This document shows positions 1 through 7,537 of a stretch of DNA of 30,265 bases, piece after piece; positions within the stretch are counted from its first letter, which is position 1; the number at the start of each line of letters is the position of its first letter. Position numbers and translations under genes: made by a program. Origin of the DNA: Thaumarchaeota archaeon UBA160 (GTDB lineage Archaea; Thermoproteota; Nitrososphaeria; Conexivisphaerales; UBA164); contig DAXX01000067.1 in NCBI GenBank assembly GCA_002506605.1, forward strand, positions 1 to 30,265, written 5' to 3'. The notes beneath the pieces were generated by a model. It was not told the origin of the DNA, did not search any database, and saw nothing but the letters and a program-made list of their open reading frames with translations.

Positions 1-2
1 TA

Positions 3-1193
3 GCACTAGGAATAGCTCTAAAAAAGGGTTTGGTAAAAATCTTACAAGATGTCATTATTCCAGTTTCAGATAAACAACTTAAGACAACAGACATTTACAA
101 GATTTTGGAAAAAGTTTCAAGCGGACCTGTTTTAATCAAAAATTTAACCAAAGAAGAAATTTCGGAACTCGAAGACCTCAAGAAAAGACCAAAATTTGTT
201 AAATTTTTTTCAACAAAAGAAATTAAGGTTAAAATAGCAGAAGGTGCAAAAATAGATCCAAAAATTCTCACAGGCGAAGAAACAACTCTTTTAACGGCTA
301 GCATTTTAGCCAGCGGTAAATGGCAAGAATTAAAGTTTTCTGAAATAGATCTTTCACAACCAGTCCCTCCAGTATACTCCGCAAGGATTCATCCTTTATC
401 TGAACTTATAAGCCTTATAAAAGAAATTATGGAGAGTCTTGGGTTTACAGAAATCGAAGGTCCGGTTGTAAGGTCTTCCTTCTGGAACTTTGATGTGCTT
501 TTTACACCACAAGATCATCCAGCCAGGGATATGCACGATACATTTTATTTGAAAGGCATAACCATAGAAGAAAAAGATTCTGATATTGTAAATAAGGTTA
601 AGAGCGTTCATGAAAATGGATGGATTACTGGTTCAACTGGATGGGGGTATGTCTGGGATCAAAAGGCAGCTTGGAGAGCCCTTTTAAGAACGCATACGAC
701 AACAATAACTTCAGAAGCTATTTACAGAGGTATGAGAGGTAGAGTATTTACTGTAGGTAGGGTCTTTAGAAACGAAAAGCCAGATTTCAAGCACCTAGTT
801 GAGCTTCATCAGCTTGATGCTATAGTAATTGAAGAAGAGGCTAACGTAAGAAAGCTCATGGGTTTTCTCACAGCTTTTTATAGAAAGTTAGGTTTTGAAA
901 AAGTAAAGTTCTGGCCTACATTCTTTCCTTATACTGAGCCATCTATGCAATCCATGATTTATTCTGAAAAGCTTAACGACTGGATAGAGCTTTGTGGCAT
1001 GGGGATTTTCAGGCCTGAAGTCACAAAACCTTTAGGATACGATGGTCCTGTTCTAGCTTGGGGCATGGGGCTAGAAAGGCTAGCCATGCTTATTTATGAT
1101 GTTGAAAACATTAGAGAGTTTTATGAAAACAGGTTGAGCTTCCTAAGAAATTACAAAAGTATTAACCTTAAGCTTAAAGGGTCCCTTGTATAG
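3..1193 (+). CDS. pheS: Phenylalanyl-tRNA synthetase alpha subunit (5'-truncated by window edge)
   Basis: Motifs WNFDVLFTPQDHPARDMHDTF, RTHTT, GRVFRNE, FFPYTEPS, AWGMGLERLAM. The frame is open from position 3 (ALGIALKKG...), so the true start lies left of the window. Confidence 0.97.
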   Translation, partial: ALGIALKKGLVKILQDVIIPVSDKQLKTTDIYKILEKVSSGPVLIKNLTKEEISELEDLKKRPKFVKFFSTKEIKVKIAEGAKIDPKILTGEETTLLTASILASGKWQELKFSEIDLSQPVPPVYSARIHPLSELISLIKEIMESLGFTEIEGPVVRSSFWNFDVLFTPQDHPARDMHDTFYLKGITIEEKDSDIVNKVKSVHENGWITGSTGWGYVWDQKAAWRALLRTHTTTITSEAIYRGMRGRVFTVGRVFRNEKPDFKHLVELHQLDAIVIEEEANVRKLMGFLTAFYRKLGFEKVKFWPTFFPYTEPSMQSMIYSEKLNDWIELCGMGIFRPEVTKPLGYDGPVLAWGMGLERLAMLIYDVENIREFYENRLSFLRNYKSINLKLKGSLV

Positions 1194-1292
1194 AAACCAT
1201 TCTGTGCTTACAAACCTTGAACAATTTTAACTCTAACATGAATGATGAGTCTAAAGTCCCTTCTGTAAGGGAGTGATGGATGCCCCCTTATA

Positions 1293-1436
1293 GAAATGCT
1301 TTAACAGATAATCAAGAAATGCATATCAAAGATGCGCCTTTGGATGCAGGCGAAAAGCTAGCTGACATACAGCTCCAAAGGTGCGAGCTCTCTGGATAAA
1401 GCGAAAAGCCCCAACTGACTAATCGAAGTAGTCCAC
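1293..1436 (+). mobile_element. Decayed IS200/IS605 (tnpB) right-end / omegaRNA-like remnant, family 1, copy 1
   Basis: 1342-1415 matches 30170-30243 at 64/74 nt ungapped. Ends ...AAAGCGAAAAGCCCCAAC...AAGTAGTCCAC, resembling tnpB right ends (TGAAGCRRGAAGCCCC...GTAGTTCAC, recalled). No transposase ORF. Confidence 0.6.
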
Positions 1437-1507
1437 ACATCTTCTTATGTTTACTTGAAATACGCTCTAGAACACAAACCTAAAACCTTTACTTAATGTG
1501 TTGCAAC

Positions 1508-2626
1508 TCATGTAAAATCTGAATGCATCATTTTTATATCAGTTTCGCTTATATTTTCTTTTTCAGCTACGTAATGTATGAAGCTTTCTAAGAAAAACAA
1601 AGTCCTCAGCTCAAAAGCTGAATACTTTGGGTCTTGGGGAAAGTAACTGCTTCTTAGTCCTTTTAATTTAAATATCTGTCTACCAGGTATTATCAGAGTA
1701 AGATCTGAAACATTTGCAAGTTTAGACTCCTGAAAAGACGTCACAACAGCAACCTTTGCACCCTTAGTTTTTGCTTTCTCTGCTAACGTCGCAAAAAACT
1801 CTGATGCAGACCCAGAAATTACTAGCACGACATCATTGCGCCTTACGGCAACGCTCCCTTTATCAAGCCAATAGTTAACCAACCTCTCTGCATTGCCTTT
1901 CGAAAGATGTCTAAGTCTTGTAGAAAAGAATCTACCAACTATGCCACTCAGCCCTTCCCCCAAAATGGTCGTTTTTTGTTTAGCGTATTCTGAAGCTTTT
2001 GGTAAAATTTCATAAAGCTTTTCATAATATTCGGACGGGGGCTCAAATTCATTTATTATAGCTATCAGATTTCTGTATGCTTTGATAAGTTCTTCGCCCC
2101 TTATATATGATATAAGAGAAAGAAGGAACAAAAGGGCTCTGAGCTCAAAAAGCGTGCCCAAGGGCGTCAGTGGTGCTGTTGGCGTTCCTAACAGATTGTT
2201 TATAAAATAATCAGATTCCCTCCACTTTTTAGCGCCCGGGATCATGATTACCCTGTCTGAAAGAAGCGCAAGCGGGCTTTTTTGATCGCTTGTTAATGAA
2301 ACTATAAATGAGCCACCCTCCTTTGCTACTTTAGCTACTTCAAGAGTATATTGGGTTGCTCCACTACCAGATATTGCTATCAATAAATCACAAGGACCAA
2401 ATATGTATGGTACATCGTTCGGGCCAAACGTCTGATCTATTCCTATATTTCTTAAAAATTTAGCAAAAGCATCAGCGATATCTCCCGATCTCCCTGTTCC
2501 AAAAACTATAACCCTTTTCGAATTGGTTATTCTCTCTAAGATCCAACTTACATCGTCCTTTGGTTCATATTGAGACACAGCATCTATTAATCTTTTATAG
2601 CTCACAGAATATAGTCTTATTATCAT
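1508..2626 (-). CDS. Tandem SIS-domain protein, duplicated 3-hexulose-6-phosphate isomerase (PHI/HxlB)-like
   Basis: Two PHI-like units: GTGRSG..AISGSGAT..SLTS..SPLA..PLGTLFE and GEGLSG..VISGS..VVTS..SKLA..YSAFE. C-terminal MMHSDFT resembles the PHI terminal His motif. Confidence 0.8.
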   Translation of the reverse strand: MIIRLYSVSYKRLIDAVSQYEPKDDVSWILERITNSKRVIVFGTGRSGDIADAFAKFLRNIGIDQTFGPNDVPYIFGPCDLLIAISGSGATQYTLEVAKVAKEGGSFIVSLTSDQKSPLALLSDRVIMIPGAKKWRESDYFINNLLGTPTAPLTPLGTLFELRALLFLLSLISYIRGEELIKAYRNLIAIINEFEPPSEYYEKLYEILPKASEYAKQKTTILGEGLSGIVGRFFSTRLRHLSKGNAERLVNYWLDKGSVAVRRNDVVLVISGSASEFFATLAEKAKTKGAKVAVVTSFQESKLANVSDLTLIIPGRQIFKLKGLRSSYFPQDPKYSAFELRTLFFLESFIHYVAEKENISETDIKMMHSDFT

Positions 2627-2693
2627 AGATATAAAATTATCAAGATGAATTTTATGAAATAATGTTTTTATTTTTAGTTTTTAAGCTATTCTG

Positions 2694-3389
2694 TTAAAGT
2701 AAAGTAAAATACATTTTTCTCCAAACAAAAACGTCAAGATGTAGCTGGTCTATACCAGATTTTATAGAAATATTTTTCCAAGCTAGAAGCGCACAGCTTA
2801 TATTGTTTTGTTCGCTTATCAAACCTAAACTTTTTGAAACTTTTAATACCCTGTTATCTAGAGGTATTGGTATTTTTTGAGGAACATTTGCATGGATGCC
2901 TTCTGTGATTAAACCGTAATGAAACATTTTACATGCAAAAGAAATTGTCTTCTGATATGAAACCCCATAAATTTTTATAAGATTTTCATATAATTTGCCT
3001 AAATTTTGTTTATAATCTTTAATTTGCGATGAAAATATAACGTCCTTATTTTTTAAAGCACGTAGCCTCTTGATTTTAGCATTTCTAGCTAGCTCTTTGT
3101 TTTCAATCAAAAAAGCTTCAACGCTTTTATAAGGATCTAAAGGGTCTATGTCAAGACTTGACAAGCGATTCCAATATGTTTCTCCACTAGTCTTAAGACG
3201 ATAAGCTACCAAGCTAGACGCAACTATAAACCTATAAAAGCATAATTCATCGCACTTTGATTTTATCTTTTTTAAAGCTTCTAGCTGAGGATCTCCCAGT
3301 TCAAGCCAATAATAGTAGTCTAGGTCAATAGATTTAAAAAAATTAGAAATGAGATCTACTTTTTCGTTATCGATCTTACATTTTTCCAT
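2694..3389 (-). CDS. Archaeal 8-oxoguanine N-glycosylase/DNA lyase (AGOG family)
   Basis: DPQLEAL, LVAYRL...GETYW, KIKRL, QKTISFACKM (catalytic Lys), IPIPLDNRV (catalytic Asp), HLDVFVW. ATG at 3389 preferred over the 3428 ORF start because it directly follows the upstream stop. Confidence 0.85.
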   Translation of the reverse strand: MEKCKIDNEKVDLISNFFKSIDLDYYYWLELGDPQLEALKKIKSKCDELCFYRFIVASSLVAYRLKTSGETYWNRLSSLDIDPLDPYKSVEAFLIENKELARNAKIKRLRALKNKDVIFSSQIKDYKQNLGKLYENLIKIYGVSYQKTISFACKMFHYGLITEGIHANVPQKIPIPLDNRVLKVSKSLGLISEQNNISCALLAWKNISIKSGIDQLHLDVFVWRKMYFTLL

Positions 3390-3390
3390 T

Positions 3391-4905
3391 TCAATATGTT
3401 GGGTAAACTTTAAGCAGCATACCTTCAACCAGTATAGGCAATTTCCTTTCGGCTATGCTTATAGCGTCTGATAATTTAGAACTTCTTTCAGCATATATTT
3501 CTAAAAGAGGATCATTTTTGTTTACCTTATATCCTTGTTTTTGATAAAGGACGACGCCTGCGCCCTTGTCGATCGGCGCGCCTGCAGCTCTTGAAATTTC
3601 AACTATAGCTTCATTGTCTACAGCTGTTACGTACCCATCACTCTCAGCTTTGATGACATGCCTATAACTACCAACTGGCAGATCGTCAGGTTTGATATTG
3701 GGATTGCCGCCTTGAGCTTCAATTATTTCTTTCATTTTTTGATACGTTTTTCCACTCAATATCATGTCCATGGCAGCTTCATATCCTTGTCCTTTTTGAA
3801 CGATCCCTGTTGCCTCTAAAAGTATGCCTGCAAGAGATGCTGATTTTGAAAGCAAACTCATACTTGCTTGAGATGGATTCATCAAAGCTGAAAGGGCTTC
3901 CTTAGCTTCAAGTGCAGGCCCAACAGCCCTCCCGATAGGTTGCCCTCCATATGTTATTCCTGATCTAACATTTGCTCCTAGACTTTTTCCAAGCTCATAG
4001 AAATCTTTTGCAAGCTTTTCTGCTTCAGCGATATCATTCAGTTTAGTTCCCTTTCCAACAGGTAAATCAAGAGCTATCACTTTTGCTCCTACCGCAAGCT
4101 TCTTTGCGAGCACGCTTGCCATCATAAGGCCCCTAGGATTTATCCTTAATGGGTTTTCGATTTTTATTAAATGATCGTCAGCAGGCGCAAGGTTCAGCGT
4201 TCCTCCCCAAACTATACAGCCATGAGTTTTAGTTACTATTGACTTTATCTCGTTCAGGCTGAATTTAACGTTTGCAAGAACCGACATAGTATCGGCTGTA
4301 CCGGAAGGACTCGTTATTGCGCTGCTGCTGGTCTTTGGAATATAAAGGTCGGTGAGCGCTATAGTAGGCACAATAAGCAAAGTCACCTTATTGCCCGGCA
4401 CTCCACCTATAGAATGTTTGTCGACCGTAAAACCTGGAAGCTCTAATTTTTCTCCGCTTTCAACCATGGCTAACGTAAGGTTCTTTATTTCTTCGAGATC
4501 AAGCCCTACATAGTTTATTGCAAATATAAATTCTGCAATTTCTAGATCACTTAACTCGTTATCCACGATATCTTTTATTATTTCTCTTATTTCGTTTTCA
4601 GTTAACCTTTCTCCTTTTACTTTTTTTCTTATGTATTCAACTGCGAACGGCGTTTGCTCATATTGAACATTAATTACATCTCCGTCCCTTATTTCAAGAG
4701 TTTCTGAAAGATCTTCATATATACCGATTATACCTTGCGGCACAAGGCTCTTAGTTGTTTCTACTATGCACGTTGAAGATTTTGAATTTGATGTAACCTT
4801 TACTCTATCATTAAGTTCTATACCAATCTTTTGAGCATCTTCTTCGTTGATTATTACTGACCTTTTTCCAGCTTTAACATCTATAATCTTTGCTTTAAGT
4901 TCCAC
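3391..4905 (-). CDS. AMP phosphorylase (archaeal thymidine-phosphorylase family, pentose bisphosphate pathway)
   Basis: N-terminal extension typical of AMP phosphorylases, DKHSIGGVPGNK, PKTSSSAITSPSGTAD, WGGTLNLAPADD, GAPIDKGAG. GTG at 4905 is the likely start (ORF track gives TTG 4917). Confidence 0.92.
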   Translation of the reverse strand: MELKAKIIDVKAGKRSVIINEEDAQKIGIELNDRVKVTSNSKSSTCIVETTKSLVPQGIIGIYEDLSETLEIRDGDVINVQYEQTPFAVEYIRKKVKGERLTENEIREIIKDIVDNELSDLEIAEFIFAINYVGLDLEEIKNLTLAMVESGEKLELPGFTVDKHSIGGVPGNKVTLLIVPTIALTDLYIPKTSSSAITSPSGTADTMSVLANVKFSLNEIKSIVTKTHGCIVWGGTLNLAPADDHLIKIENPLRINPRGLMMASVLAKKLAVGAKVIALDLPVGKGTKLNDIAEAEKLAKDFYELGKSLGANVRSGITYGGQPIGRAVGPALEAKEALSALMNPSQASMSLLSKSASLAGILLEATGIVQKGQGYEAAMDMILSGKTYQKMKEIIEAQGGNPNIKPDDLPVGSYRHVIKAESDGYVTAVDNEAIVEISRAAGAPIDKGAGVVLYQKQGYKVNKNDPLLEIYAERSSKLSDAISIAERKLPILVEGMLLKVYPTY

Positions 4906-4930
4906 GTTAAAAAGCAATACCAGGTATACT

Positions 4931-4944
4931 ATTAAAGCTTTAAT
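4931..4944. promoter_or_regulatory. Perfect 14-bp palindrome ATTAAAGCTTTAAT, candidate bidirectional TATA element or operator
   Basis: Seen directly. Centre is about 30 nt from ATG 4968 and about 32 nt from GTG 4905, giving a TTTAAT box on each strand. Confidence 0.5.
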
Positions 4945-4967
4945 GCTAAACCATCCAGTGTTATGTT

Positions 4968-7094
4968 ATGCTGTTTGAGGATGCTATAAAAATAAGAAAT
5001 GAAACAGGCCTAGACCCTACAAACAATATTGAATTAAAGGAAAGATTTTATGCAATTAGTGAGCCTAAATTTGAAAAAAATGATTTTTTAAATTATAATG
5101 AGTTAAGGGGGTATCTCATTAAGCAAGTGAGCGATTCATACGGTGGATATCCTTCTACTTATCATGAGCCGATTAAAGGAAACAAGATAAGCTCAATATT
5201 TTCAGATTATTTTGGACAGTGGGAATTCGATTTTTTAGATTTTATTGAAAGCATAAAGAATCCGAAAATAAATCCTCCTGAAGGTAAAGGTTATATAACG
5301 TTTAATGTAACGAACAGGTTCATATTAAGGTTTGTAGAAAGCAAAGCGCCAATAGCGGTTGCAAGCGTCAAAATTGCTGAGTTCATGAACCTTAAAATGA
5401 ACTCTTTGCCAATAAAGATAGGAAATTCTTTTTATAGACTTTATTTTTCTGAAGAAGTTAAACCGCCTCTGTTTTTTGATGGCAATAACGCTTCATATGA
5501 ACAAAAAGGCAAGTTAACAAGCTTTGGCGAACTCCTTCTTCCGATAACAGCATGCCAAGAAATTTTTATGCACAAATGTGAAGCTGCTGTAAAAAGCTTT
5601 GATGACGCTTTAGAAAAAGCAAGAATGACGGGGCAGTTGGATCCATACTTTTCTTTTCCTAGGTCTATTTTTAAACTAAAGCTAATCGACGATAAAAGAA
5701 TACAGCTAAGTCAATCATCGCTTCAGGCACTAATTGACTCTTATGTACCGTTTGTAAAAGAAAAAGATAGCATAAGACTTACAGAGCAAGACGAAAGATC
5801 TAAAGCGATTCTTTATATATTAAAGAATGGTCTAGGTGGGATAAATATATTTGAACCTTATAGGGGCACGATCAAACTGTTCATCAGAGTTGACAAAGAT
5901 ATTCATGAACTAAACAAATATGATGGCCTTCTAGCTCCAAGAGAATTAAGTCATAATTCAGGTTTTAAGTTAAGATTCTGTGAAAAATGTAATAGAACCA
6001 CACCTTTCAGAAAGTGCGAACGCTGTGGCAGTAAGACCGTCGAAATATATTACTGTAAAAAGTGTGAAATTTATACAAAAGGAGAAACATGTCCGCAATG
6101 CGGTTCAAGAACAATAGAGCCTCATGTTGCTGAAATTAATATAAAGGAAAGTTTGAACTACGCTGCAGGCCGGCTTAAAATAACTAATTTAAGGGAGCCA
6201 AAACTTCCTAAAGCCCTACTTAGCGAACCTGAATTACCTGATAAATTATTGTTAAGGCAGAAAAACTCATTGCTTACAAGCCAGTTTGGAATGATTTTGA
6301 CTCCCATAAAATTGCAGGCAGGAAACGTAAACGCAAACGAAATTGAAATGCCAGCAAAATTTGAACCCCTTATAAAAGAAATCAAATCTTTCATCAATGA
6401 AGAGCTTGCCATCGTTTACGAAAAAAATTTAAATTATGAGGAAATAGGATCGCACCTTATTTTATTTAACAAACCTCTTAACGCCGGCATTGAGCTTAAA
6501 ATAAAGGGTTACAGACAGGGGAATGAAGCTATAGTGAATCCAAATGTGATAGAATTTGCTGATTTAGGTGTTCTTGACAACCAAGCTTATTTTGCTTTAA
6601 GCGAGGACGTTGCATTAAATTGCATCTGCCAAAAAACTAAAGGAATAATCATCTACAAATCTTCAGAAAACGCCGATTTGATTCCAATTAAACTGGACTA
6701 TATGAGAACGCCTATATATCAACAAAGCTTGAGTGAAATCATAAAAGGTATAATAAATTTGCTTTCTATTATATATCCGGATTCTGCAAACGAAATAGAT
6801 TCAGTTAATTTGATAAAAAAAGTTGAGAATTTATTCGTTAGGCAGTCATACATTTGTGAAAAATGTGGCAAGAGATTAAGGGTGCCTCCTTTAAACATGA
6901 GATGTCCAAGGTGCGGCTCAAAACTCGCTCCAAGATTTACATCTTCTGACTTGAACAATTTTATTCTGCAATTGAATCAGCTTTCAGAAAATTTTCAGGG
7001 TTCTCAGTACAAAGAAATTATAGACATTTATGTTAATAGTATAAAAAGCATCTTTAGGGCATCAAGCCAGATGAGTCTTGGTGATTTTTGGTAA
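4968..7094 (+). CDS. polC: Degenerate DNA polymerase D large subunit (DP2) homologue, predicted catalytically inactive
   Basis: Colinear with DP2: N-terminal AIKIRNETGLDPTNNIE (cf. AKKARSQGKDPSTDVE); CEKC..CERC and CKKC..CPQC; EPELPDKLLLRQKN (cf. EPLEKGLLRAKN); SHLILFNKPLNAGI (cf. GHLVIGLAPHTSAGI); RQSYICEKCGKRLRVPPLNMRCPRCG (cf. [26 protein letters not shown]); terminal QMSLGDFW. Catalytic RRNCDGDED is absent and the protein is 708 aa versus about 1100+ aa. Confidence 0.85.
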   Translation: MLFEDAIKIRNETGLDPTNNIELKERFYAISEPKFEKNDFLNYNELRGYLIKQVSDSYGGYPSTYHEPIKGNKISSIFSDYFGQWEFDFLDFIESIKNPKINPPEGKGYITFNVTNRFILRFVESKAPIAVASVKIAEFMNLKMNSLPIKIGNSFYRLYFSEEVKPPLFFDGNNASYEQKGKLTSFGELLLPITACQEIFMHKCEAAVKSFDDALEKARMTGQLDPYFSFPRSIFKLKLIDDKRIQLSQSSLQALIDSYVPFVKEKDSIRLTEQDERSKAILYILKNGLGGINIFEPYRGTIKLFIRVDKDIHELNKYDGLLAPRELSHNSGFKLRFCEKCNRTTPFRKCERCGSKTVEIYYCKKCEIYTKGETCPQCGSRTIEPHVAEINIKESLNYAAGRLKITNLREPKLPKALLSEPELPDKLLLRQKNSLLTSQFGMILTPIKLQAGNVNANEIEMPAKFEPLIKEIKSFINEELAIVYEKNLNYEEIGSHLILFNKPLNAGIELKIKGYRQGNEAIVNPNVIEFADLGVLDNQAYFALSEDVALNCICQKTKGIIIYKSSENADLIPIKLDYMRTPIYQQSLSEIIKGIINLLSIIYPDSANEIDSVNLIKKVENLFVRQSYICEKCGKRLRVPPLNMRCPRCGSKLAPRFTSSDLNNFILQLNQLSENFQGSQYKEIIDIYVNSIKSIFRASSQMSLGDFW

Positions 7095-7460
7095 TTACAC
7101 AACGAAAATATCTACGGTTATTTTTTGTGACTTTATGTACGGTTTCCCGTTTCTGTTTATTATGCTAGCCTTACCATGGGCTGAGATTACATAAACCTTT
7201 TTTTCCCCATAATATGCGTCCATGTTAATAATAAAATTTCCTGTTTTCATATCAAGGGTTTTTTCTTTCTGGACCAATCTAATGCTGTCTTTCTTTATGT
7301 CATCATTACCGATCAAATTGAGAAGCTCCTTTTTTAATCTGTTTTCAAATGATGTGCTTTTTTTTGATTTAAAGAATCCATAAATCTCTTGTTCTATCGA
7401 GATAACTTTGAGATCCTTCACTTTTTCAGTTCTAAGATCCTTATTTTCTATATTTTCCAT
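7095..7460 (-). CDS. Hypothetical protein (121 aa)
   Basis: ATG-started ORF filling the gap between DP2 and metE, with AT-rich upstream promoter-like sequence. No family recognised. Confidence 0.65.
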   Translation of the reverse strand: MENIENKDLRTEKVKDLKVISIEQEIYGFFKSKKSTSFENRLKKELLNLIGNDDIKKDSIRLVQKEKTLDMKTGNFIINMDAYYGEKKVYVISAHGKASIINRNGKPYIKSQKITVDIFVV

Positions 7461-7537
7461 TGAAGATTAAAGTTGTTTAGAATAATTATAAATTTATTCT
7501 TTAAAACAAAAGGCATCAGAAAAATTATTAAACTATC

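Noticed and set aside
1242-1295. Possible box C/D sRNA (ATGATGA at 1242, GTGATGG at 1273, CCCTT-CTGT-AAGGG hairpin)
   Set aside because: No CTGA box D at the expected distance and D' reads CTGT, so it is not supportable without a covariance search.
4968-7094. Calling the DP2 homologue an ordinary pseudogene, an active polC, or a reverse gyrase/zinc-finger orphan
   Set aside because: There are no stops or frameshifts over 708 codons and motif retention is selective, so it is not a plain pseudogene. The catalytic DGD is missing, so it is not an active DP2. Colinear DP2 blocks argue against other families.
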